In this document: positions 18,734-27,539 of the stretch, in pieces
How positions within the stretch are numbered: the first letter of the stretch is position 1
Layout of the letters: every line of letters begins with the position of its first letter
DNA from: a bacterium
Lineage (GTDB): Bacteria > UBA8248
Direction: 5' to 3'
Assembly: GCA_965221165.1 (NCBI GenBank)
Contig: CBDCRP010000003.1
Coordinates: 352,001 to 416,000, forward strand
DNA length: 64,000 nt
Made by a program: the position numbers and the translations under genes
Notes under the pieces: generated by a model
Database searches by the model: none
Seen by the model: only the letters and a program-made list of their open reading frames with translations
What the model was told of the DNA's origin: nothing

Positions 18734-19288
18734 TTAGACAAAGAGAAAAGAACCCGGGGCGTCCCATTCCCCTTTTTCATGACGAAAAAGCTTGCCCTTG
18801 TCGATGAGCAACTGTCCATCCTCGGCCAGCCCTATTTTCAGCCTCTCGAGCGGCCTCGGAGCCGGACCCTCGAAATTCACGCCGCTTCTGCGGAATCCGC
18901 TTCCGTGGCACGGGCACTTGAACTTGTCCTCGGAGCCCAAGTACTTAGGCGTGCATCCCAAATGGGTGCATATCGCGCTCAGGGCGTAGAACCCGTTTTG
19001 TTCGCGAATTATCCAGACGCGCTCGCTGTTCACGTACCGCGTATCCACCACGCCCACGGCGTAATCCGCCGGCTTGCCCGCCTTGAACTCCGTGGGGGGT
19101 TCGAACAGAACGCGCGGGAACATGAAGCGCAAAAACCCGAGCAGCGAGATACCGATGCTGCCCAGGACGCCGAGCCACCCCGTGTAGTTCATGAACCGCC
19201 TGCGGTCGATGAACGGCTTTTTTTCTTTCGCCTCCTCCTCGTAATCGGCGGGCAGCTTCACCGGAGGGGCTTTCAAGCGAGTGTTCAT
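18734..19288 (-). CDS. Rieske [2Fe-2S] subunit
   Basis: Tat motif RRRFM plus TM helix, CTHLGC and CPCHGS boxes, GPAPRPL. ATG 19288 follows GGAG. Confidence 0.95.
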   Translation of the reverse strand: MNTRLKAPPVKLPADYEEEAKEKKPFIDRRRFMNYTGWLGVLGSIGISLLGFLRFMFPRVLFEPPTEFKAGKPADYAVGVVDTRYVNSERVWIIREQNGFYALSAICTHLGCTPKYLGSEDKFKCPCHGSGFRRSGVNFEGPAPRPLERLKIGLAEDGQLLIDKGKLFRHEKGEWDAPGSFLFV

Positions 19289-19689
19289 GCGGACTCCGCG
19301 CTCCTGTTCTGAGACTCGAACCACCTTTCAATTTCGCGCATCCCAAGGCCAATCCACTGCCAAGCGTCACGCGGATATATTATCCCCCATAACGACGGAT
19401 AATGAAACCGATTCGCTTGGTTTCGCCACGGGCGGCGCATGGCCTCGCCGGACGCCGAGACCACAGGGATGTAAGCAAACGCAAGATTCTTATTACGGAC
19501 GAAATCGTCTCGTGTCAAGGGGGAAGCGGTTCGGATGCCGAGAGCACACCGAGTTCTCGCTCGCCATTCCGGCGCATACCGCTCGAAGTCGTTCGCAGAG
19601 GCAGGGTTATAGTTATAATGTTTTCCTCGTCCGAAGCAATCTCTCCTTCATCAGTCGCGGCAAACACTCCTCCATCAGTCGCGTTTGAC

Positions 19690-20679
19690 CTACAGACCCG
19701 CGCGGTTGTCCTCCTTGACGGCTTTGTTCACCACGTTCACGGGCCATTCGCCCGAGAGGACGCGCCGCACCTCGTTGGGCGCGCCCTGCTGGAGACCCAC
19801 CATGGACTCTTCGCTGTACCAGGCCGCGTGGGGGTTGATGATCACGTTCTCGCGGCCTCGCAAGGGATGCGGATCAGGCAGGGGTTCGGGGTCGGTCGTA
19901 TCAAGCGCGCACCCGGCTATCTCGCCCGCATCGAGCGCGCGCACCAGGGCGTCGGTGTCGATGATGGGTCCGCGCGAGCAGTTGACGATGAAAGCGGTGT
20001 TTTTCATTTGAGAAAACACCTCGTCGTTCATCATGCCGCGCGTCTGGGGGATGAGCGGCGGATGGATGGAGACGAAATCCGATCCCGCGAACATGTCGGC
20101 CAGTTCGGTCTTCTCCCCAGGCGCGTCGAATTGCCCCTGCTCCACGAAGGGGTCGTTGAACAGGACCCGCATCCCGAACGAAGCGGCGCGAACGGCCACC
20201 ATGCGGGCGATGTTCCCAAAGCCCACGAGTCCCAACGTGGCCCCCGCCAGGCGGAACATGGGCTTGCCCGGCGGCACCGCCCACTCGCCCGCGCGCACCC
20301 GGCGATCGTAAAACGCCACCTTTCTCGCCGATGCGAGCAGCAGCGACATCGTGTGCTCGGCGACCTCCTCGATGCAGTAGGTGGGGTTGTTCGTGACGAT
20401 GATGCCCGCCTCGGTGGCGGCGGCCAGATCGATGGTGTCCACGCCGATGCCGTATCTCGCGATGATCTTGCAACGCGGCATCCCGGCCATGTCCTCTTTC
20501 GTGATCGGCCCCGCGTAGGTGTTCAGCACGGCGTCGCAATCGGCGGCTTCCGCGAGAAATTCCGGGGGCGTCTTCGTCTGCATGGCGACGATGTCGGCGA
20601 GATCTCCTAAAATATCGTTTTCCACGTCCAAAGAATCCCAGACGTAATCGGTCAGGACGACTTTCGCCTTCTCCGGCAT
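19690..20679 (-). CDS. D-isomer-specific 2-hydroxyacid dehydrogenase (CtBP-like)
   Basis: RYGIGVD, GLVGFGNIA, VNCSRG, ALD...EP, INPHAAWYSEE. Confidence 0.9.
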   Translation of the reverse strand: MPEKAKVVLTDYVWDSLDVENDILGDLADIVAMQTKTPPEFLAEAADCDAVLNTYAGPITKEDMAGMPRCKIIARYGIGVDTIDLAAATEAGIIVTNNPTYCIEEVAEHTMSLLLASARKVAFYDRRVRAGEWAVPPGKPMFRLAGATLGLVGFGNIARMVAVRAASFGMRVLFNDPFVEQGQFDAPGEKTELADMFAGSDFVSIHPPLIPQTRGMMNDEVFSQMKNTAFIVNCSRGPIIDTDALVRALDAGEIAGCALDTTDPEPLPDPHPLRGRENVIINPHAAWYSEESMVGLQQGAPNEVRRVLSGEWPVNVVNKAVKEDNRAGL

Positions 20680-20985
20680 GTTTTTCCCCTCTCGTTGATA
20701 TCCATGAAATGCTTAAAATTTCGCCCAGCGATGCTATCCCACACAAATACGGGAATCAAGGCTTTGGAGCCATTCCTTGACCGCCCGAAGACGCTGTAAT
20801 AGCCTCTTTTGTAATGTTCATCGTATGCTTGAACACCGAGTCGGCGCGCTTTTCGTCGTTGCTCGTGAGCCCGCGAGCTCTTCATGCGGGAGGCGGAGAG
20901 GTTTTTGGATTGCGCCCGAGAGCATTATGAAAAGACGTTTACAGGCGCGTCGTCGGCTCAGTCATTTCCCGTTTCAGGAGAAAAG

Positions 20986-21552
20986 ATGCCGGACATCGAT
21001 TCGTTTCGCCTCAACCCCCGGGACTGCCTCCTGCTCGTCGTCGACGCGCAGGAGAAGCTCATGTCCGCCATGAGCGAGAGCGTGCGCTCCCAGGTCGTCG
21101 GGCAAATCCTGACGCTGGCAGAAACGGCGACGCGCCTCGATTTCCCCGTCCTCGTCACCGAGCAATACCCCAAAGGACTCGGACCCACCGTCGATGCGGT
21201 GGCGGCGAAAATACCGGATTTCTCCCCCATCGCGAAAATTTCGTTCAGCTGCTGCGGGGAGGAGGCCTTTTTGCCGCGCCTGCACGAAACCGGCAGAACG
21301 AAAATACTGCTCACGGGTGCGGAGACGCACGTGTGCTGCTACCAGACGGCGCTCGATCTGCTGGACAACGGCTTTATCGTTCACGTAGTGGCCGACGCGC
21401 TTTGCTCACGCTCCAAACTCAACTGGCGGACGGGGCTTTCCGCCTTGGAGCGCGCAGGCGCCATTCCCTCCACCACCGAGCAGGTGCTCTTCGATTTGCT
21501 CCGCGTGGCAGGCACCGAGGATTTCAAATTCCTCTCGAAACTGATACGTTAA
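20986..21552 (+). CDS. Isochorismatase-family hydrolase (YcaC/ISOC-like)
   Basis: LLVVDAQEKL, TEQYPKGLGPTV, K.SFSC, G.ETHVCCYQT. AGGAG RBS. Confidence 0.9.
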   Translation: MPDIDSFRLNPRDCLLLVVDAQEKLMSAMSESVRSQVVGQILTLAETATRLDFPVLVTEQYPKGLGPTVDAVAAKIPDFSPIAKISFSCCGEEAFLPRLHETGRTKILLTGAETHVCCYQTALDLLDNGFIVHVVADALCSRSKLNWRTGLSALERAGAIPSTTEQVLFDLLRVAGTEDFKFLSKLIR

Positions 21553-21609
21553 GCCCCACGCCCACCTGAAAGGTTTTACCCGCATCCCGCGAGGAAGGAT
21601 TCGCCCAAG

Positions 21610-22704
21610 ATGGCGTCTGCACCCCAAAAAACAAGCGTCGGCGTGGTATTCGGCGGCAGATCGACGGAGCACGAAGTAAGCCGCAATTCGGGCAAGGCCA
21701 TCATGGCGGAACTGGACCCCGGGAAATACGACGTCCACCCCCTGCTCATTACGAAATCGGGCGCATGGCTCGCCCTCCCCGACCCGGATGCTTCGGAAGA
21801 CGAGGGCGAGGAGATACTTTTCTCGGGCACCCCGAACGGCAAACCGCTCCGGTACGCCGCAAGCGATGAAAATATCGATATCGACGTATTTTTCCCGATC
21901 ATTCACGGCACTTTCGGGGAAGACGGCACCCTCCAGGGACTCTTCGAGTTGGCGGAGGTTCCGTTCGTGGGTTCGGGATGCGCGTCGTCCGCGATAGCGA
22001 TGGACAAGACCGTGGCCAAGGCGGTGCTGCGCGCGGCGGGGCTGCCCGTTCTGCCGGCTCTTACGCTGTACCCCGATACTTGGCGTGCGGATCGCGACGC
22101 CATTTCGGAGGAGGCGGCTTCTAAAATCGAATATCCCCTGTTCGTCAAGCCCTCATCCTCGGGCAGCAGCGTCGGCGTCCACCTCGTGGAGAGCCCGGGA
22201 GAACTCGCCGACGCCGTAGAGGACGCCTTCCGGTTCGACCACAAGGTACTGCTCGAAGAACACGCCCGGGGTCGCGAAGTCGAGTGCTCCGTGCTCGAGG
22301 GACCCGCACCGGGCGACATCCTCGCCAGCCCGCTCATGGAGATCAGGACGCGCTCGGGCTGGTACGACTACGAGGCGAAATACGAAGAAGGGCGCGCCGA
22401 GCTCATCATCCTCGCACCCGTGGAGGAATCCCTCGCCGATCACGCCCGCTCCTACGCGCGGAGCGCATTCCGCGCCCTGGGCTGCTCGGGACTCGCCCGC
22501 GTGGATTTTTTCTACCGCGAGAAAACGGGCGAGACCTACATCAACGAGTTGAACACCCTGCCCGGCTTTACGCAGTTAAGCGGATATCCCCGGATGATCC
22601 GGGCGGCGGGCGTCCCCTACCCCGAAATGCTGGATCGCCTCATCGGCTGCGCGCTCGAGCGCAGCAAGAGGCTGGGCAGCAGGGAATACGACAGAAACAC
22701 TTAG
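21610..22704 (+). CDS. ddl: D-alanine--D-alanine ligase
   Basis: FGGRSTEHEVS, HGTFGEDGTLQG, VKP...GSSVG, YDYEAKY, RVDFF, NELNTLPGFT. Confidence 0.95.
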   Translation: MASAPQKTSVGVVFGGRSTEHEVSRNSGKAIMAELDPGKYDVHPLLITKSGAWLALPDPDASEDEGEEILFSGTPNGKPLRYAASDENIDIDVFFPIIHGTFGEDGTLQGLFELAEVPFVGSGCASSAIAMDKTVAKAVLRAAGLPVLPALTLYPDTWRADRDAISEEAASKIEYPLFVKPSSSGSSVGVHLVESPGELADAVEDAFRFDHKVLLEEHARGREVECSVLEGPAPGDILASPLMEIRTRSGWYDYEAKYEEGRAELIILAPVEESLADHARSYARSAFRALGCSGLARVDFFYREKTGETYINELNTLPGFTQLSGYPRMIRAAGVPYPEMLDRLIGCALERSKRLGSREYDRNT

Positions 22705-22717
22705 GCACGGCGTCTGT

Positions 22718-23710
22718 TTAGGCTCTTAAACAATTTTCCAAATATTCGAGGGCGCAATCTTCGGCCCAGTAGACCGGCGAGCGCGCGTTCGGACCCGACA
22801 CGAAACCCACGTGCCCCCCTTTTTTCGATAAAACCCCGCTCAACCACTCGGATTCCCCCACTTGCGCATGGGGAAAAACGCCGGGCGGCACGATGGGGTC
22901 GTCCTCTGCGGAGAGGATGAGCGTTTTCACCCGAATACGGGATAGATAAGGCGAAGCGTCGGCTTGTTCGTAATAATCCAGTTCGTCCCGAAAGCCATGC
23001 AGGGGCGCGATGACCAGGCGGTCGAAGTGGTGAAAGGTCCGCGCCCGCCTCACCGCCTCCATGTCGATGAGACCGGGGTGCAGTTCTGCGAAACGCTCGG
23101 CCTTTCTCTTCACGCTGCTCAGCAGATGCCATCTATAGAAATAGCCCCGCACGGAATCGAGAACCTTCGCGCACGCAGCGGGCCTTAAGCTCGCGGAAAT
23201 TCCGGCGGCCCCGCATATACGCGAGGAAACCCCCTCTCCGCATTCTCCCAGCCACTTGAGCAGGACGTTTCCCCCCAGGGAGAAGCCCGCCAGAACCAGC
23301 GGCGCATCGAATTTCTGGAGAATCCTCTCGACCACGAAGCCCAGATCTCCCGTTTCCCCGCAATGGTAGAATTTAGGCTCTAAGTTCGGCTCGCCGCCGC
23401 ATGAGCGGAAGTTCAGGGCCAGCGTCCGCCAGCCGAGCGCGCGCGCGCCGGCCGCCGCCCCGCGCACGTAATGGGACTCGGCGGAGCCTTCCAGCCCGTG
23501 CAGCACGAGCAGCGTGGGAGCTTCGCCTGCTTCCGCGTCGAGAAAGTCCACGTCCAGGAAATCGCCGTCGGGCGTATCCCAACGCTCGCGCCGCCAGGCG
23601 ATTCGCGGGCGTTTTCTTAAAAAATATCCCCATATGCTTTGGAGATGGCGGCCCGGGCAATACCAGGCCGGACGGAAAGGGGGGGTGAGCGAAGCGGCGC
23701 GCGCGTTCAT
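22718..23710 (-). CDS. YheT-family alpha/beta hydrolase
   Basis: HLQSIW, PDGDFLD, HGLEGS, GFSLGGN nucleophile elbow, DDP, GGHVGF. Confidence 0.9.
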   Translation of the reverse strand: MNARAASLTPPFRPAWYCPGRHLQSIWGYFLRKRPRIAWRRERWDTPDGDFLDVDFLDAEAGEAPTLLVLHGLEGSAESHYVRGAAAGARALGWRTLALNFRSCGGEPNLEPKFYHCGETGDLGFVVERILQKFDAPLVLAGFSLGGNVLLKWLGECGEGVSSRICGAAGISASLRPAACAKVLDSVRGYFYRWHLLSSVKRKAERFAELHPGLIDMEAVRRARTFHHFDRLVIAPLHGFRDELDYYEQADASPYLSRIRVKTLILSAEDDPIVPPGVFPHAQVGESEWLSGVLSKKGGHVGFVSGPNARSPVYWAEDCALEYLENCLRA

Positions 23711-23734
23711 TCCGGGCGTATGGGCAGGTGCTGA

Positions 23735-24652
23735 TCAGCCATCCAGGCCGAGAAGCGCTTTATAGATATCCTCGCGAGTCGTCGGCGCGTCACGGCCATA
23801 CTTCATTTTATATTTTTGAGCCAGAACCTGGTAAAGGCCCAGCGAATTGCAGAAAAACGCGTTCGATGAGCAAACCAGCCAGATTCGATACACCCGGTAG
23901 GTGCGCTCACCGACCAGTTCCTTTATTTTTTCGGCGTTCTTCTCGAATCTCTCATACCATTGCTTACACGTGCGCGCATAGTGGAGCCTCAGATTCTCCA
24001 CGTCCAGAATCTCCCAGCGCGCAAGCTCCATCACGTCCTGAATATGAGAAATGTTGTCCATCTCGGCGTTGGGAAACACGTTGCGAAGCAGAAAATCGAA
24101 CTGGCTCGTGTGTTTCCAGAATTTGTTCGTCGTAATCCCGTGGTTCAGGAACAAGCCCCCGTCGCGCAGACGATTTCGCACCGAAGCGAAATAGCTCGGA
24201 TAATTCGCAATGCCCACGTGCTCAATGATTCCGATGGCGGAAATTTTCGCAAAAGTCCTCTCTTCGGGAAAATCCCGATAATCCATGTGATGGATTTCGC
24301 ATCTGCCTTCGAGTCCCTCGCGGCGAACCTGGTCCTGGCCCCATTTCGCCTGCTCGCGCGAGAGCGTCACGCCGGTTGCGTTCACGCCGTAGTGCTTCGC
24401 CGCCCATATCGCCAACGAACCCCATCCGCAGCCGATGTCGAGGTAATCCTCTCCGGGGGAGAGCCTGAGCTTCCTGCAAACGAGGTCCATCTTGTCACGC
24501 TGCGCCTGATCGAGATCGCCGTCGGGCTCCCGGTAGTAGGCGCACGTATACAGCATGTTTTCGCACAGGAATTGCTCGTAAAACTCGTTGGAAATATCGT
24601 AGTGGTGTGAGATCGCCTCGGCATCGAATTCTTTTGTTCTCTCTTTTACCAT
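23735..24652 (-). CDS. Cfa-family SAM-dependent lipid methyltransferase, catalytic domain only
   Basis: ISHHYDISNEFY...MLYTCAYY, LDIGCGWG, GVTLSREQ, IIEHVG, LHYART. ATG 24652 follows GAGG. Lacks the roughly 110-aa N-terminal Cfa domain. Confidence 0.9.
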   Translation of the reverse strand: MVKERTKEFDAEAISHHYDISNEFYEQFLCENMLYTCAYYREPDGDLDQAQRDKMDLVCRKLRLSPGEDYLDIGCGWGSLAIWAAKHYGVNATGVTLSREQAKWGQDQVRREGLEGRCEIHHMDYRDFPEERTFAKISAIGIIEHVGIANYPSYFASVRNRLRDGGLFLNHGITTNKFWKHTSQFDFLLRNVFPNAEMDNISHIQDVMELARWEILDVENLRLHYARTCKQWYERFEKNAEKIKELVGERTYRVYRIWLVCSSNAFFCNSLGLYQVLAQKYKMKYGRDAPTTREDIYKALLGLDG

Positions 24653-24678
24653 AGCCGCCTCAATGTTGTTGTTGTTTT

Positions 24679-25791
24679 TCAGCCTATTCCGAATGCGCCT
24701 TCCAGAACCAACCGGCGTCTGAGCCAGGCGTTGCCGCAAATAAACCTGGCCACACCGAAAAGAACGTTGTCGGGAACGCGGTCGACCAATTTGTCGAGCA
24801 TCCCTTCCCCGCCGCTTCCGTATTTCGCGGAAAGCGCCTCACCGTATTCGACGAGACCCTCCCCCGTCTCCAGATACGCATGCGCGGCCCTCGCCGCCAT
24901 TTTAGCACTATGGACGGCAGGGCCGATGCCCTCTCCGCTGAAATCCTTGGCGAGACCGGCGGCGTCGCCGATAAGGGCGAACCCATCGCCCACCGGCCTT
25001 CGGACGTGCCTGCGATAGACCGAATAGGCGTGGCCGCGGAATTTCGTGAGTTCGAGCTTGGCGGACAGCCTTCCCGTTCGGCGGAATCTGTCGAGCAGAA
25101 TCTCGAGGCGCTCATGAACGCTCGGGCGCTTGCCGATGCAGCCCACGCCGATGTTCAAAAAATCCCCTTTTGTGAAATACCACGCATAACCCTTGAAGTC
25201 GGGTTCCGCGAACAGTTCGGGCAAACCGTAGTTGGGCGCCAGGGCGCGGAGCTTCTCCGCCCCCACGTTTGTTTCACTCTCCTGCGTCAAGACGACGGAT
25301 TCTTTCGAGGAAACGTCGCCGAAAGTCCTGGCGACGGGGCAGGTATGCCCCCCTGCGCCGATAACGACGGGCACTTCTAACTGCTCGCTTCCCAAATCCA
25401 CGCGCATTCCCCCGGCCGTCTTCTCGATACCCCGGACGCGGGCGCCCTCGCGCACCTCGGCGCCCTCTTCCTGCGCGCGCCTCAAGAGATAGGTGTCGAA
25501 CTGGCTCCTGATGATCCCGTAACTCGCAGGCTCGCTCCATTTCGTCTCGAGGAGCTTGTCGTCATAGCCCACGAACACGCTTTGAAACGGCTGTATCGTG
25601 TGGGGGTATTCATCAGGCCTGAGTTCCAGATCGGCCATCACCTGCTTCGTCACCCAGCCAGCGCAAAGTTTTACGCGCGGAAACGTGGCCGCATCGAGGA
25701 GCAGCACGCGGCGGCCCCTCTTCGCCAACTCCCAGGCGGCCGTGCTGCCCCCCGGGCCGCCTCCGACGATAAGAACATCCCAGGCGCTCAT
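24679..25791 (-). CDS. Geranylgeranyl-reductase-family FAD-dependent oxidoreductase
   Basis: DVLIVGGGPGGS, FPRVKLCAG, IIRSQFD, GYAWYF.K, IGDAAG...FSGEGI. ATGA overlap with the upstream ORF at 25788-25791. Confidence 0.88.
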   Translation of the reverse strand: MSAWDVLIVGGGPGGSTAAWELAKRGRRVLLLDAATFPRVKLCAGWVTKQVMADLELRPDEYPHTIQPFQSVFVGYDDKLLETKWSEPASYGIIRSQFDTYLLRRAQEEGAEVREGARVRGIEKTAGGMRVDLGSEQLEVPVVIGAGGHTCPVARTFGDVSSKESVVLTQESETNVGAEKLRALAPNYGLPELFAEPDFKGYAWYFTKGDFLNIGVGCIGKRPSVHERLEILLDRFRRTGRLSAKLELTKFRGHAYSVYRRHVRRPVGDGFALIGDAAGLAKDFSGEGIGPAVHSAKMAARAAHAYLETGEGLVEYGEALSAKYGSGGEGMLDKLVDRVPDNVLFGVARFICGNAWLRRRLVLEGAFGIG

Positions 25792-26144
25792 TCGGACAGT
25801 TTCCATATGCGCAGAGCGAACATGAATTTCTGCATCATGGTCATCTCCACCTTGTCGAAACTATCGGCCACCTTCATGGCCTCGAACAAATCGCCGTCGA
25901 AGTCGATGCCTCCGTCGCAATACGCTTCGGCAAACCCATCCGCCTGGGGATTCAGCAAAACGCGCTTGAAGGCATCCAGCGACGTGAACGTCACGGTAAC
26001 GGGGAGCACCTCGCGGCCCACCGCCAAAGCCGACCCGTCCCACATCCGAAAGTGGAGTCCGTGTTCGAGATCCCCGAAAATATGCCGCAGAATCTCGGCG
26101 GCGCCGGACGCGGCGGAACGGCTCTTTACAGGAGATGTCTTCAT
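25788..26144 (-). CDS. Stand-alone Cfa N-terminal (lipid-binding) domain protein
   Basis: FRMWDGS...FKRVLLNP..DGFAEAYCDGGIDFDGDLFEAM matches the N-terminal signature of long Cfa proteins (LGEAYxxGxxDxxGDL). GGGAGG RBS. Confidence 0.75.
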   Translation of the reverse strand: MKTSPVKSRSAASGAAEILRHIFGDLEHGLHFRMWDGSALAVGREVLPVTVTFTSLDAFKRVLLNPQADGFAEAYCDGGIDFDGDLFEAMKVADSFDKVEMTMMQKFMFALRIWKLSE

Positions 26145-26411
26145 GATGTCATCCTCCCGTAGGGCGATAGGGGATGATGTGTTCGACGTACTCTCTACAC
26201 TCTAACTCGTCCATGCCTCGTGAAGCGCGAAAAAGAAAACCCGGTCATGCTGAAACATTCATCTATTCTGAATTAACGCTCCTCGCGCATTCTGTCAACC
26301 CTTTTTTTTGGATGGGGGAGGCATCAGGGTGAGGACGGGGGCGTCAGCAGATGAGCGGGAACGGGAAGAAAGGGCGAAGCATCCCTCACCTCCTTGCGTA
26401 AGGAGCGCAAT

Positions 26412-26575
26412 TCCCCGCATTTGCGCGCCGGGGCTACCGGGTGCGCGCGCGTATGATGACGAAGCGGGTCGGCGCGTTCAGCGGCGGGTGCGTTTGTGAA
26501 AATAAGTGAAAAAAAGGTGAAAAATAGCGAAAAATAGTGAAAATATCTGAAAATTTAAATAATTGAATAATTAGG
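26412..26575. other. Non-coding element: TCCCCGCATTTGCG box plus six phased GAAAA tracts
   Basis: GAAAA starts at 26498, 26508, 26519, 26529, 26539 and 26549. A related element lies at 58681-58830. Confidence 0.7.
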
Positions 26576-26626
26576 GATTATATCGAAAAAAGCCCTTGGC
26601 GGGTGATGGGGCCCCACCCCCCTCGC

Positions 26627-27484
26627 CTAGCGGAGCGAGGTCACCAGAATCACGCCCGCCACGGTGAAGAGCGCGCCCCAAGCGATGCGCCGCGTGATTC
26701 TCTCCCTGCTCCCCAGAATCAGGGGCGCCAGCGCGAGCGTAAAGAGCGGCACCGTCGCCACCATGGGCGAGACGCGGGACACCTCTCCCATGCTCAGGGC
26801 GGCCATCAGGCACAACTGGGCGGCCCCCATCGCAAGCCCCGCCCAGAAGAAATTCATCAGCGAGGGCCTGTTGAACACGAACGGGCGCCACCCGGTGCTC
26901 GCCTTCAGGAAAAACGGCCCCACGGCGCACGCCGAAAGCGATTGCAGGAATCCCCCGAGAACGAGCGAGTCCATGCCCCCCAGCCCCATTTTCCTGAGCA
27001 TGTGGGCGAGTCCGAAAAAAGCGGCCGAAGTGAACGGCAGAAGCAGAGCGCGCCCCCTTGTGAGCGGACCTCCTCCGCTCGACATCCAGAAAACACCGGC
27101 CACGACGAAGAGAATCCCCAGCCACACCACGGCGGGCGGGCGTTCCCCCAGAAATATGAAAGCCCAAAGCGCCCCGAAAATGGCGTGGGTATTGGAGATG
27201 GCGCTCGTGGGAGCCACGCCGATTCTCTGGATCGAGCGATACAGGAACAACAAGGAGAGCGCGGGCGAGGAGAGCCCCGCCGCCAGAAAGGCGAGCCAGT
27301 AGACCGAGAACGATATTTGGGAGAAATCCACCGCCGCCAGGCAAAAAGAGAAGAACAACAATTGCATGAAGAGGACGACCAGACTCCCCGTGTGCGGCGT
27401 ACTGCCGTCCAGCCCTCTCCTGGTCATGATGCTCGAGAGGGAGAAGAAAAGAGCCGGGCTCAGGGCAACCAGTTCGAACGGCAT
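26627..27484 (-). CDS. EamA/DMT-family transporter
   Basis: About 10 TM helices in two repeats, FLGER, VSRVSP. Confidence 0.88.
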   Translation of the reverse strand: MPFELVALSPALFFSLSSIMTRRGLDGSTPHTGSLVVLFMQLLFFSFCLAAVDFSQISFSVYWLAFLAAGLSSPALSLLFLYRSIQRIGVAPTSAISNTHAIFGALWAFIFLGERPPAVVWLGILFVVAGVFWMSSGGGPLTRGRALLLPFTSAAFFGLAHMLRKMGLGGMDSLVLGGFLQSLSACAVGPFFLKASTGWRPFVFNRPSLMNFFWAGLAMGAAQLCLMAALSMGEVSRVSPMVATVPLFTLALAPLILGSRERITRRIAWGALFTVAGVILVTSLR

Positions 27485-27539
27485 TCAAACTCCGACCCGG
27501 CCGATGGCATCGACCTGTCCGGCATAGGGAGAAAGTCGA

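Noticed and set aside
19330-19690. Riboswitch or sRNA upstream of the Rieske operon
   Set aside because: No recognisable aptamer, tRNA or terminator structure by eye, only promoter-like hexamers. An Rfam/Infernal search would be needed to exclude it fully.
24653-24739. N-terminal extension with poly-Asn on the Cfa catalytic ORF, or a reductase-Cfa fusion by frameshift
   Set aside because: The reductase has its own stop, the AAC run lies in a short spacer, and ATG 24652 has a GAGG RBS. No clear slippery site.
26496-26560. Mini-CRISPR or coding microsatellite in the GAAAA repeats
   Set aside because: Units are about 10 bp and degenerate, have no spacers, and the region has no credible ORF. 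Kept only as a phased A-tract element.
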